Of a DNA stretch of 64,000 nucleotides, positions 16,301 to 26,700 are shown piece after piece (positions within the stretch are counted from its first letter, which is position 1; every line of letters starts with the position of its first letter). The notes beneath the pieces were generated by a model, which was not told the DNA's origin, ran no database searches, and worked only from the letters and a program-made list of their open reading frames with translations. A program made the position numbers and the translations under genes. Source of the DNA: Planctomycetota bacterium (lineage in GTDB: Bacteria; Planctomycetota; UBA8108; SXIK01). The DNA is taken from assembly GCA_965223845.1 (NCBI GenBank), contig CBDCXR010000004.1:5344001-5408000 (forward strand), written 5' to 3'.

Positions 16301-18589
16301 CTGTCCGCCGCGCTCGAGATCGACGCCGAATGCGGACTCCTCCGCTTCGCTTCGAGCGCGCGAGCGATCGCGCGGCTCTGGTGGAATCACCTCGCCCCCG
16401 ACGCACAGAAGCGGCGGCAAAGCGAGCTCGCGAGTCTCGGTCACGCGCTCGCGCTGTTTCCCGGCAGCTCGCCGACGGGATCCTACACCGACGATCTCGC
16501 CGCCGAGCTCGGGGAATTCGTTCTTGCGAGCGAGGGTCTTCTCGACGAAGCGCTCGTTCCGGAAGCCGCCGAGTACCTCTACTCCGAGCTCCTCGAGGAA
16601 GGCCCGTTCGTCGTCTCGGCCGACGCGGCACGGATCGTCGAGGCGTTCCGTGACGAAATCGCGAAGAGAAAATCGAAGACCGAGTTCAAGAACCGCCTCG
16701 CGGCAGTCGGCGACGATTGGCGGGCGCGCGTCCGCCTTCTCCGCGACTGGACGAACGCGTTTTTGGCGGCGAAAAATGACCGCGCGGCTCGACCCTACGC
16801 CGACGAAGTCGCGGCGATCTTGGAGTCTGACTCGAGTGAACCCGAAGCGATCGTCACGGCACCCGTCGATCGCGAGATCGGAGATCTCCTCGGAAACCAT
16901 CCGCGGATCAGCGAGGGCGTGTGTCGTCTCGACTACCCCGAGTTCCGCGCACGGGTTCGGCGTCACCGCGACGTCGTCGCCCCGCGCTTCGAGCGCTACG
17001 CCGCTCGAAAGCGCGAGATCGTCGACCGCGCCCGAAACGACCTAAAGCTCGAAGAGTTCAAGCCGCGAGTTCTCAGCTCGTTCGTGCGGAATCGTCTCAT
17101 CGACGAAGTCTATCTCCCCCTCGTCGGCGACAACCTCGCCAAACAGATCGGCGCCGCCGGAGCGGAAAAACGAACCGATCTCATGGGATTGCTCCTCGTC
17201 ATCTCTCCTCCCGGCTACGGGAAGACGACGCTCATGGAGTACATCGCGAGTCGGCTCGGAATCATCTTCATGAAGGTGAACGGCCCCGCGATCGGCCATC
17301 ACGTCACCTCGCTCGATCCCGCCGAAGCACCGAACGCCTCCGCGCGCGAGGAGCTCGAGAAGCTGAATCTCGCCTTCGAGATGGGCGACAACGTGCTCAT
17401 CTACCTCGACGACATTCAGCACTGCAATCCGGAGCTCCTCCAGAAGTTCATCTCCCTCTGCGACGCGCAGCGAAAGATCGAGGGAGTGTTCCGCGGACGC
17501 GCTCGGACCTACGATCTGCGCGGCCGCAAGGTCGCCGTCGTCATGGCGGGAAATCCGTACACGGAGAGCGGCGAGAAGTTTCAGATCCCCGACATGCTCG
17601 CCAACCGAGCCGACACCTACAACCTCGGCGAGATTCTCGGCGGGAACGAAGAAGCGTTCAACATGAGCTATCTCGAGAACGCGATCACTTCAAACCCGGT
17701 GCTGAATCCCCTCGCCACACGGAGCCAGAAGGATGTGTACGCGATCATCCACATGGCAGAGACCGGTTCCGATGACGGTGTCGAGCTCGAAGGGAAGTAC
17801 TCGCTCGAAGAGCTTCAAGAAATGGTCTCGACCATGAAGAAGCTCCTCCGCGTGCGCGACGTGATTCTCCGAGTGAATCGCGAGTACATCCGTTCCGCCG
17901 CTCAGGCTGACGACTACCGTACGGAGCCCGCGTTCAAGCTCCAGGGCTCCTACCGCAACATGAACCGAATCGCCGAGAAGGTGCTTTCGGTCATGAACGA
18001 CGACGAGCTCGAGGCGGTGATCTTCGAAGCCTACGAGAACGACGCGCAGACGCTGACGACCGGCGCCGAAGCGAATCTGCTCAAGTTCAAGGAGATGTTC
18101 GACAAGCTGACACCCGAGGAGACGCGGCGCTGGGAAGAGATCAAAAGAACCTTTCAGCGAAATCTTCTTCTCGGGAGCGCCGGCGACGACAAGTTCGCTC
18201 AGGTGGTCGCGCAGCTCTCGAGCTTCAATGAATCGCTCGCGTCGATCGGCGCGGCAATCGGAGACGCGGCGAAGGCTCGTGATCGATCGAGCCCGATCGC
18301 TTCACCGGCGGGCGCCGGAGCGAAACGCCGCGCCCCCCGTCCTTCGCCTCAAGAGATCCGTGTCGTCAACCGCATCCCGAAGGTATTCCTCAACGTCCTC
18401 GAGCAACAGTTCGAGTTGATGCGCGGCTGGCTCGAGCCTCTCCAAGACGAGAGCCGCCGGCAGTCCACTCAGTTCTCACACCTCCGCGAGCGCGTGGAAG
18501 AATCCCTCTCGCGGCACGCCGAGCTGATCGAGGACCTCCGGCGCTCTGACATCGAGCGCGGGGACGACGGCGACACGACGGGCGATTGA
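13361..18589 (+). CDS. Large AAA+ ATPase (DUF3686 / so-called DNA repair ATPase family)
   Basis: Walker A SPPGYGKT, Walker B LIYLDDIQH, sensor-1 MAGNP, putative Arg finger LANRAD; long helical middle region. Confidence 0.85.
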   Translation: MSDPESNRSDVESTSPEEAIDSSTYEVLKRRLHSSADELQRRLDSLHEARKSAFGSIDFELLTTERVTTRHNCVPRDMVVIGNRLLVGFNVQFGLKTETVPEDVFAVFGFADRKFTEQDLSLVEHPQFAADFRDLYRYYKKTSFLRFAVIGPFLFMVFRVGKSPEDVKTFKWGIEGDRLRYVDNRSDHEYRSPPQHEFEWTRTHRDLHVDGLHPHISIEDRVFVETVGGDLTIKIENNTESGEGIYAEPVDDPDQTLDDAEVYYARVDQLILLKIRPYRESEFRYIVYNEKLQTADRIDSIEGSCVILPEDQGIVFSNGYYLQAGEKKVFDTAAHDMRFDRRIAAPNGEDFLFVFHNHDAGTYTLLPYNIIDQRVENPINGHGHALFENGELILFKGQPEPQKHHALQIWRTPFLGDDAVEFAGDTPLHKIGNRELVRGMAECHAVVVLSRRDEIYADLYVDLVKTCGDLVDSYFWLGDPDCFDLRETIEEIRGTASAAVGEFEKVVAVRRSTDAQVAEVTAATRSAMRDAGLRRFEAIDDFVASLSELRGVRGRIISLRDLRYIDGAVVDALEAEVETASAEIAERCVTFLLDPAALDPYEERVESLRAGIDPLSTVSEAKALSEHIDTLAGELELLIETVSNLKIADATKRTEIVDRISSVFATVNGVRATLRGKTQTLASAEGIAEFNSQIKLLGQSVVNYLDLCDSPEKCDDYLTKVMVQLEEMEGKFAEFDEFVVQLAEKRDEVYTAFEGRKVSLLEKRNKRAASLASAADRILSGIRARVDKLESVDEINGFFAADLLVDKVRDLLVELGDLDDSVKVDEIESRLKTIREDSVRQLKDRLDLYTGGGSLIQLGRHQFSVNTQPLDLTTVSKDGELCLHLTGTDFLDPISDAELTATGDVAGLEVVSESPEVYRGEYLAYQLLTAGAAAGNGTAPTEDWLSLDRDTRLERIQKFMSTRYSEAYTKGVHDQDAERILSAALEIDAECGLLRFASSARAIARLWWNHLAPDAQKRRQSELASLGHALALFPGSSPTGSYTDDLAAELGEFVLASEGLLDEALVPEAAEYLYSELLEEGPFVVSADAARIVEAFRDEIAKRKSKTEFKNRLAAVGDDWRARVRLLRDWTNAFLAAKNDRAARPYADEVAAILESDSSEPEAIVTAPVDREIGDLLGNHPRISEGVCRLDYPEFRARVRRHRDVVAPRFERYAARKREIVDRARNDLKLEEFKPRVLSSFVRNRLIDEVYLPLVGDNLAKQIGAAGAEKRTDLMGLLLVISPPGYGKTTLMEYIASRLGIIFMKVNGPAIGHHVTSLDPAEAPNASAREELEKLNLAFEMGDNVLIYLDDIQHCNPELLQKFISLCDAQRKIEGVFRGRARTYDLRGRKVAVVMAGNPYTESGEKFQIPDMLANRADTYNLGEILGGNEEAFNMSYLENAITSNPVLNPLATRSQKDVYAIIHMAETGSDDGVELEGKYSLEELQEMVSTMKKLLRVRDVILRVNREYIRSAAQADDYRTEPAFKLQGSYRNMNRIAEKVLSVMNDDELEAVIFEAYENDAQTLTTGAEANLLKFKEMFDKLTPEETRRWEEIKRTFQRNLLLGSAGDDKFAQVVAQLSSFNESLASIGAAIGDAAKARDRSSPIASPAGAGAKRRAPRPSPQEIRVVNRIPKVFLNVLEQQFELMRGWLEPLQDESRRQSTQFSHLRERVEESLSRHAELIEDLRRSDIERGDDGDTTGD

Positions 18590-18700
18590 GCCGCGGCAGT
18601 CGGCGTACCGCGGAACCGAGGCGGACGCGTTCTCGGACCTTCCCGGCTCGGCGCCTCGCCGCTCGCGTGATTCCGCAAACGTGGAGCGGGAGCGAGACCG

Positions 18701-21229
18701 ATGACCGATGTGGGCTCGGCGTGTTCGGGACGAGCCCACGCGCGGAGCTCCCCCGGACCCGTTCTCACTCGCACTCTTTCGATGCACTCTCGGCTGAAGC
18801 TCCTTCCCCTGCTCTCACGTCGCGAATCCTCACCGCAGTGGATCGCCGGTCTAGCGGCGCTCGGACTCGGCGCGACGGTCGCGACGGTTCTCATCGGGCG
18901 AGCCCTTCCCCCGGAGGCAGCGCTCGCGTCGGCCGACAACGCGCATCTCTACGTACCCGTCCGCGCGATGACCGCATGGTCGCTCGCCGGGGGCGAGCTG
19001 CCGCTCTGGAACCCCTACGTCGGCTGCGGGGTCCCGTTTCTCGCCAACCCGATGACGCAGAGCGTCTATCCGGGAAACTTCGTGTTTCTCCTCTTCGGTG
19101 CGGTCGCGGGAATCAAAGTGTTCTACGTCGCACACACAGCGCTCCTCACTTACGCGTTTTCCTCACTCGCGCGCGCGTTCGGAGCCTCGCGGAGAGCGTC
19201 GATCGCAGGCGGCCTTCTGTTCGCTCTCGCCGGACCGATCGTCAGCCTCCACTGGAATCCACTCTGGACGGCGGGGCTTCCTTGGATGCTTCTCGCACTC
19301 GCGTCGACGCATCTCTTGGTTCTCGGGCGCGTCGAGGTGAAACGCCTCCTCGCCATCGCCGCCTGCCTCGCGCTCACGGTACTCGCGGGCGGATTCGAGC
19401 TGATCGTCGGCTACACCTTCTTCGCGGCAGCGGACGTCGCCGCCGCGACGTTCCTGAGGCGCGATCGTCTCGCCGGATCATCGCTTAGAGGTCGCGTCCA
19501 GCGAGCGACGATGTACTACGGCGCCCTTACGGTCGCCGGGTCGGCAGCACTCGCTCTCGGCGCGATTCAACTTCTCCCCGCGCTCGAGCTCTTTCGCGAG
19601 AGCTCTCGCTCGTGCGGCGTCTCCATGGCGACAGCCGGGCTGTGGTCCCTTCCTCCTCTTCGTCTCCTCGAATGGCTCGCACCGCAGCTCTACCTGGAAC
19701 CCGAGAGCGGGACTCACTGGGGAACGCTTCTCCTCCCGAACGAATCGTACTACTCGACGCCGTTCCTCCCCGGGATCTACCTCGGCGCGCCCGCGGTGAT
19801 TCTCGCTGCGATCGGTGTCGGACGGATTCGCCGCGGGGATCGCCGGCTTCTTCTCGGCACGTTCGTCTGCACGCTCGTCCTCGCGTTCGGAATCACGACG
19901 CCGATCTTCGAGCTCGCACGGAACCTCGTCCCCGGAATCGCACTCTTCCGCTATCCGGTGAAGCTCGTCGTGTTCGCGGTCATCCCGCTCGCACTCGCTG
20001 CGACGTTCGGCGTCGATGCGCTCCTCACGAAATCCGATGGCGCGCGACGCCCCGCGGCGGTCGCCTGGATCGTCACGCTCCTCGTCGCTCTTCCGCTTTC
20101 GTTCCTCGTGTTCGCTCCGGATCCGTTCGAGGCGTGGCTCAGCGATCGTCTCGCCCGCACTTCGTTCGAGACTCACGCCGCGGCGCTCGTTCGAGCCGCG
20201 CGAAGCGCACTTCTCTACGGGACGATTCTCGCGGCTGCGGTGTCGGCGCTCATCAGCCTCCGCCGTCGCTTTCCGGCTTCGATCGGTGCCGGCCTGATCC
20301 TCGTCGTCGCGATCGCCGATCTCGTCATCGTCGGGCGTGATCTCGTCGAAACGGCGCCCACGCTCGGCGTCGTCGTTCGTCCGCCGAACGTTCCCGCCCC
20401 AGCCGCACTCGCCGATCCGACTGGCGAGCAGCGCATTCACTGCGTTCCCCCCGGCCCCTTTCGCTACTTTTTTCAGCCGTATCACGCGATGCAGTTCGGC
20501 TACCGGAGCACCGTCGACTACGGTGCGATGGATCTTCGCGGGCACTCGCTCCTCAGAGACGCGCTCGGCGAGAACGATCCGCGCCTCCTCGCGCTCGCTT
20601 CCGCTCGCCTGCGTCTCAGCGTCCCCCTGGAATCCCCTCACATCTTCGAGGCGCGGATCGAGTCGGTTCCCACCCTGCCGCGTGCGCGGCTCGTTCCGTT
20701 CGCGGCGATTGCGGAGAGCGACGACGACGCGATCGGCTACATCGCCTCGGCGGCGTTCCGTCCGGAGCGCGAGGTCGTTCTCAGCGACGCACCGATCGAG
20801 CTCGGACGCGTCAATCGTTCCCGAACGCCGAAGAACGAGCCCGCCGGAAGCGAGGATCGTTGCCGATTGACGATCGACGAACGGCGACACATCCGCATCG
20901 ACATCGAGACAGCGTCCGAGGCGTTCCTCGTCCTCAGCGATACTTGGTATCCAGGCTGGGAGACGACCGTCGACGGCGAGCAAGCGAGCTGCTATCGCGC
21001 CAATCTCGCGTTTCGCGCGGTGCGAGTCCCGCCGGGACGCCATGTGGTCGAGTTCCGCTATCGCCCGCTCTCGATCCTCTGGGGCATCGCGACAAGTGCG
21101 GTCGCAGCAAGTTGCCTCGGCGCCGTTTTCGTTATCGGGGCGATGCGCCGGCGACGAGAACGCGTCGAGCGAGTAGCGACGACACGCTCCGCTGCGATCG
21201 AAACGCCGACGCTCGCGCCCACACCGTAG
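18701..21229 (+). CDS. YfhO-family polytopic membrane protein (putative GT-C glycosyltransferase)
   Basis: GELPLWNPYVGCGVPFLANP, many TM helices, RYPVK, C-terminal LVLSDTWYPGW..VDG..RANLAFRAV..GRHVVEFRYRP. Confidence 0.85.
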   Translation: MTDVGSACSGRAHARSSPGPVLTRTLSMHSRLKLLPLLSRRESSPQWIAGLAALGLGATVATVLIGRALPPEAALASADNAHLYVPVRAMTAWSLAGGELPLWNPYVGCGVPFLANPMTQSVYPGNFVFLLFGAVAGIKVFYVAHTALLTYAFSSLARAFGASRRASIAGGLLFALAGPIVSLHWNPLWTAGLPWMLLALASTHLLVLGRVEVKRLLAIAACLALTVLAGGFELIVGYTFFAAADVAAATFLRRDRLAGSSLRGRVQRATMYYGALTVAGSAALALGAIQLLPALELFRESSRSCGVSMATAGLWSLPPLRLLEWLAPQLYLEPESGTHWGTLLLPNESYYSTPFLPGIYLGAPAVILAAIGVGRIRRGDRRLLLGTFVCTLVLAFGITTPIFELARNLVPGIALFRYPVKLVVFAVIPLALAATFGVDALLTKSDGARRPAAVAWIVTLLVALPLSFLVFAPDPFEAWLSDRLARTSFETHAAALVRAARSALLYGTILAAAVSALISLRRRFPASIGAGLILVVAIADLVIVGRDLVETAPTLGVVVRPPNVPAPAALADPTGEQRIHCVPPGPFRYFFQPYHAMQFGYRSTVDYGAMDLRGHSLLRDALGENDPRLLALASARLRLSVPLESPHIFEARIESVPTLPRARLVPFAAIAESDDDAIGYIASAAFRPEREVVLSDAPIELGRVNRSRTPKNEPAGSEDRCRLTIDERRHIRIDIETASEAFLVLSDTWYPGWETTVDGEQASCYRANLAFRAVRVPPGRHVVEFRYRPLSILWGIATSAVAASCLGAVFVIGAMRRRRERVERVATTRSAAIETPTLAPTP

Positions 21230-21281
21230 ACCCGTTCCCAGAGCGCACTCGCTGTAACCTAATCCCCCTACTTCACGTCCT

Positions 21282-23732
21282 ATGTTCTCCGTTTCCTTCC
21301 GAAGCGCTCACGACGCCCTCCGTCGCCGCACGCGCCGAATCGTCACCTCGCCGCGCGCGTCCGCGGTGATCGGTGGAGCGACGCTCGCGGGAACGGGCGT
21401 CCTCACGCTCCTCTGGGCGGCGCTCCCGTCGGATGTCGTCCTCTCGACGCTCGACGCCGCTCACCTCTATCTCCCGATCAAGGTACGCACGGCACTCGCG
21501 TTCGAATTCGGACATCTACCGCTCTGGACGCCCGAAGTCGGCTGCGGAGTTCCCTTCCTCGCAAACCCGATGACGCAGGCGCTCTATCCCGGAAACACTC
21601 TCTTCGCTCTCCTCCCGGCGATTCCCGGCATGAAGGCCTTTGTCGCTATCCACCTCGCCGGCGCAGCGGTCGCGTTCTACTGGCTCGCCGGAACGTATAC
21701 GCGTCGCCGCGCGGCTCGGGCCCTCGGCGCAGTGACGTTCGCGGCGAGCGGCGCGATCGTCAGCCTTCACTGGAATCCGCTGTGGATCGCGGGTCTCCCG
21801 TGGCTTCTCGTCGCGCTTCATTCCGTCCGGAGCGCGCTTCGAGGGACCGGTTTCGGAGCGTACGCGACGATCGCGCTCGCGCTCGCGATGCTGATCTTCG
21901 CCGGCGCCTTCGAAATCGCGGTCGGCTTCGCGTGGCTCGCCGGCGTCGAGGTCGTCGCCGCACTACTCGGTTCGCGTGATCGGAAGGAGCTCACTCCGAG
22001 TGGCGAGTGCGCGGATACTGGTAGAGGATCGACCGCGAGAACTCTCCTCGCTAGGTGCGGTGGACTCGCGGGCGCGGCAGCCGTCGCGGCGGCGGTCGGT
22101 GCGGTTCAGCTCCTCCCGACTCTCGAGCTTCTCGGCGAGACTTCGCGCGCGTCGGGCCTCGGCGGCCGGGAAGCGGGCGAGTGGTCGCTCGTTTCCGCAC
22201 GCCTTCTCGAGACGGTAGCTCCCGGTGCCTTCGGGAACAGCGCCGTCGGCGAAGGCTGGTCGTTCCTTCTCGGAGGAAGCGATCTCAGCCGCACGTCGTT
22301 TCTCGCGGGGCTGTATCTAGGTGTTCCCGCGCTCGCGCTCGCGATCGCAGCGATCACCAGGGCGCGCCGGGAGACGATCGTCGTCGCCGGTTTGCTAGTC
22401 GTGTGCGTCCTTCTCGCTCTCGGCGACGCGACGCCCGCCTTCGCCGCGGCGCGCGAATTCCTGCCCGGCGTCGCGCTCTTTCGTTATCCCGTAAAGCTGT
22501 TTGCATTCGCGATGGTTCCGCTCGCGCTTCTCGTGACTCTCGGCGCGGCGGCAGTCTTCGACCGCGACGAGCGAGCGACGCGCGCCGCTTCGTGGTGCGG
22601 AGCGATGCTCACCTTTGCGCTGACGCTCGGTGTCGTCCTTCACGCCGCGGAGATCGCGTCGCTCAAGGAGTGGATGAACGTCCGCTCGGTCGAAAGCGAG
22701 CGTCCTCTCGACACCGATGCGCTCGCGTCGATGCTTCGGTGGTCTCTCGTCCACGGCGCGCTCGTCGGCGGCGCTTGGCTCGCCTGGCTCGCGCGGTGGA
22801 AACGGCGCGAGTCGGCGGCGCTCATCGTTCTGCTCGTCGCGGGGATCGGTCTCGATCTCACCCTCGTCAATCGCCGCTGGGTCGCGGTCACGCCCGCCGA
22901 ACGCATCGCCGCGCGACCGCGTGAGCTTCCTCCGCCGAGCGCACTTTGGGCTCCTGCCGGCGAGCGGCGCATCGGCTGCGTGCTGCCGGGGCCGTACCAG
23001 TACTTCTACGATCCTTACCTCGCTGCGCTCCACGGCTACCGCGCCACGCTCGACTACGGTTCGGTCTCCCTCCGAACGCACGCCGAGCTCGACGGCGCGG
23101 CTCAAGCGTCCTCGCTGGGCTCGGACCGCCGACTCGAGCTTTCCGCGGCCGCGGTGCGCGTGCGTCTCTCCGAGACTCGCGAGCTCCTCGTCGAACCGCT
23201 GCCCCGGGCCGTGCCGAGGGCGTACCTCGTCCCGCGGGCGTCGATCGCGACCGACGACGCCGGCGCTCGCTGGTACGCCGGGACGCCCGAGTTCGATCCG
23301 CTCACCGAAGTGATCTTGTCCGACGCGCCGCTCGCGCTCGCAGAGACCGGACGAGATGCGAACGGACGTCCGACCGGCGGCGGGGCATCCGGTCAAGTCG
23401 CAATCGAGGTGGATCGACCGCGCGAGGTTCGAATCGACGTCAAAGCCGAACGCGACAGCTTTCTCGTCCTCACCGACTCGTGGTACCCCGGCTGGGAGGT
23501 CGAGGTCGACGGCGAGCAACGCGAGATTTACCGGGCGAACCTCGCATTCCGCGCCGTGCCGCTCACCTCCGGCCGTCACGAGGTCGTTTTCTCCTATCGA
23601 CCGCGCAGCGTTGCCCGCGGTCTCGCGATCAGCAGCACTTCGATCGTCGGCGCGCTCGCGATCGCTCTCGTCGTCCTGGGACGCCGACTACGCGGCCGGA
23701 CGGTCGCTCTCAGAGCGAGCTCAAGTACTTGA
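21282..23732 (+). CDS. YfhO-family membrane protein, tandem paralog
   Basis: Same motifs: LPLWTPEVGCGVPFLANP, RYPVK, LVLTDSWYPGW..RANLAFRAV; 3' end overlaps the convergent gene by 23 bp. Confidence 0.85.
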   Translation: MFSVSFRSAHDALRRRTRRIVTSPRASAVIGGATLAGTGVLTLLWAALPSDVVLSTLDAAHLYLPIKVRTALAFEFGHLPLWTPEVGCGVPFLANPMTQALYPGNTLFALLPAIPGMKAFVAIHLAGAAVAFYWLAGTYTRRRAARALGAVTFAASGAIVSLHWNPLWIAGLPWLLVALHSVRSALRGTGFGAYATIALALAMLIFAGAFEIAVGFAWLAGVEVVAALLGSRDRKELTPSGECADTGRGSTARTLLARCGGLAGAAAVAAAVGAVQLLPTLELLGETSRASGLGGREAGEWSLVSARLLETVAPGAFGNSAVGEGWSFLLGGSDLSRTSFLAGLYLGVPALALAIAAITRARRETIVVAGLLVVCVLLALGDATPAFAAAREFLPGVALFRYPVKLFAFAMVPLALLVTLGAAAVFDRDERATRAASWCGAMLTFALTLGVVLHAAEIASLKEWMNVRSVESERPLDTDALASMLRWSLVHGALVGGAWLAWLARWKRRESAALIVLLVAGIGLDLTLVNRRWVAVTPAERIAARPRELPPPSALWAPAGERRIGCVLPGPYQYFYDPYLAALHGYRATLDYGSVSLRTHAELDGAAQASSLGSDRRLELSAAAVRVRLSETRELLVEPLPRAVPRAYLVPRASIATDDAGARWYAGTPEFDPLTEVILSDAPLALAETGRDANGRPTGGGASGQVAIEVDRPREVRIDVKAERDSFLVLTDSWYPGWEVEVDGEQREIYRANLAFRAVPLTSGRHEVVFSYRPRSVARGLAISSTSIVGALAIALVVLGRRLRGRTVALRASSST

Positions 23733-26700
23733 GAAGCTCGATCAGCTCGCGTTCGCTCAGATCGTCGACGAGTCCTTCCGGCATGAACGACGACATCTCC
23801 TTTTCCCGCGCAGCGATCTCTTCTGCCTTGAGCACGACGGTCTCCGTGAGCGTTCGCAGCGTGACGCTCTCCTCCGTTTCCGCGAGGACGAGACCCGAGA
23901 GAACCGATCCGTCGTCCGTCGTAATCACCGTGAGCTGAAAGTCCTCACCGACGACTGCGTTTGGATCGAGGACACTCTCGAGAAAATACGCCGCACCGTT
24001 CCTGCCGGAACCGCGGAGATCGGGGCCGAGCGGCGTCGCGGTCGTGTTGCCCGCCACAGCCGCGGCCGCGTTCGGCGAGTGGCACGTAGCGCACAACTCG
24101 TCGAAGGTTTTCTTTCCCGCGCCGCCGTCGTAGGCCCAAAGCGGAGCCTCGGTGAAGAGCTTCGCGTAGCGCGCAAGGCGAGACGACACATCGCCCGAGG
24201 TGTCGCGCACGGTTCCCCACAGCTTTGCGATCAGTGTGTTCACTTCGCCGTCGCGGAGATTCCGAAGTTGGCGCACGTGAAACGAGTTCAGGTGCTTCTT
24301 GTCGATTCGCCCCGCGACCACCGCCTCGAGGAGCAACCGCGCCGAGGGCGCCCGCACGATGAGCGTTCCGAGGGCGAGAGCGCGCTCGCGGTCGTCGAGC
24401 CGAGCGAACCGCTCGAGGATCGCTCCCGGAATCTCGGCGGCGCCGAAGCGCGCGAGAAGCCGGAGGACTCCCGCTCGAAGCTCCGGAACGTCGAGAAGCT
24501 TGAGGAACGCCGGGACCGATTTCGCGTCGGCGACGCTCGCGAGCACCTCGAATGCGCCGCGGCGCTCGGATTCGACGGAGAGCGCTTTCCTCAACTTCGA
24601 AAGCACGTTCTCGTCGGAGAGAAGCGCTCCGACGCGCTCGGCTCGGTCGCGAATCGCCGGATCGGAGTGCGCGTAGAGTTTGCCCGCGACCTTCGCCCAG
24701 GCCTCTGGTGCGCGCGAGGGCGAGAGTCCGCGGCGGGCAAAGAGAACCAGCTCGAGCGTACGTCGTTCGGCATCCGCCGACGGGCTTCGGGCGAGGCCCT
24801 CGAGCAGGCGAGCGAGCCCGGTCTCCGTCTTCGCCGCGTGCCAAACGACGAAGTCGCGGAGTTGGGGCCATCGCGTCCTCGCGGCGAGCCCGAGCGCGCG
24901 CTCGAGATCACCGTCGACGTGCGGCGCGATCCCGTACCAGACCATCCGCGGCAGGTAGGCGTCGCCCGCATCCTCTGCGCGCGCAGCGAGCGCCGCAGCG
25001 AGTTTCCAAGCGAGCTCCGTAGGTGCGTCTGCGATGTAGGACGCCACCGCGAGGCGAACTCGCGCCGACGGGTCGCTCTCGGCGAGTCGAAGGAGCGACG
25101 CCGCCTGCCGCTCTGCGCGACCCGGATCTTCCGTCGCGAGACGGACGAACCACGCGCGGACGTCGTCGCTCGGCGAAGCGAGCAGCCGAGCGAAGTCCTC
25201 GGTCCGAAGCGCGCCGATCCCGTGAAGCGTCCACGCCGCGCGGAGGACGTCCGTCGCTCGATCGCCCTTGAGACCATCGCGAAGCGCCGCGATCGCGTCC
25301 CGTTCGATCGCGCGCCGTGTCGATCGCTCGTGGAGAAGCCGCCGCGAGGTTCGTGCGTACCAGGCGTTCCGATGGTCCTGCAGGCGAGCGAGCTCGAGGT
25401 CGGAAAGTTGGCGGAGATCGACCGAGCGCGGCGCGTAGGTCGAGGCGTAACTCATCCGGTAGATGCGACCGGTCGCGCGATCCCAACTCTCCGTATTCGG
25501 GCTGTGACAGTGCTGCCGGTCGTACCAATCGATGATGTAGACGGCGCCGTCGGGGCCGTAGTCGAGATCGACCGCGACGTACTGCGGGTCGTCGACGAAG
25601 AGAATATCCGTCCCCGCGTGCGTCGTTTCGTAGCCTGCTCCGCGGCGCTCGTTCACCTGACGGTTGATCTGGTGGCCGTGGAGGTTGTGCGTGAAGAGTT
25701 GCCCGCGGTACTCCTCGGGCCAATTGTCGCCGAGGTAGACCATCGTGCCGACGTGAGAATGCCCGCCGTAGAGAGCGCGACTTCCGGGCTTCCCGGCGCC
25801 GCCTTCCCCGTGACCGTAGCGAGCAGACGCGCGGAGGAAGTTTCGGAGATGCGGCAAGCCCGCGGGATGAGTTCCCGAGACGAACGGTGCATGGCGAGCG
25901 TTCGCTTGATTCCAGTAGTGTCCGCGAAGGACGACGTGCGTCGTGGGACCGCCGCCCCAATAACTCCGACAGTGCGTCATGAAGAGCTCGCCCACTTCGT
26001 CGAAATCGAGCCCCCACTGATTGCTGCCACCGTGCGCGAAGACCTCGAAGGTCTTTCTCGTCGGGTGGTAGCGCCACACTCCGGCGTAGAGAAGAACGCG
26101 GTTCTCCTCGGGCGTGCCCGGAATCCCGATGCGCGAGGCGTTGAACACGCCTTGATTCCCGTAGAGCCAGCCATCCGGCCCCCACGCGAAATTGTTCAGC
26201 GTTTCGTGCGTATCTTGGTAGCCCCAGCCGTCGAGCACGACCTCCGCGGCGCCGTCGGGAACGTCGTCTTCATCCGCGTCCGGGACAAAGAGGAGCTGCG
26301 GCGCGGCGCCGATCCAAACTCCGCCGTGGCCCAGTTCGAGACCGCTCACTAGATTGAGGCCAGCGAGAAACACCTTCTTCTCGTCGAAGGAACCGTCGCC
26401 GTCGGTGTCGGCGAGGATGGAGATGCGATCTTGCCCCTCACCCTCCGGACGGCGCTGCGGGTAGGTGAACGCCTCGGCGATCCACAAACGGCCGCGCGCG
26501 TCGAAGGTGAACGCAATCGGCTGGAGAACGCGCGGCTCGGCGGCGACGAGATCGAGGCGGAATCCCGCGGGGACGTAGGCGTTCGCGACCGTCCGCTCGG
26601 CAGCACTGGTCGGATCGCTTCCGATCGGGTTTCGCTGGAGATGCGTGAGCAGGGGATTCGCGCGCAGGCGACGAGGTCGTCCGAGCGCTCGAAGCTCGCC

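Noticed and set aside
23356-26352. 998 aa plus-strand ORF (and similar long antisense ORFs such as 15032-16966, 3634-5496, 53239-55605)
   Set aside because: Antisense shadows of well-supported genes; expected in high-GC DNA; Arg/Ala-rich with no family motifs
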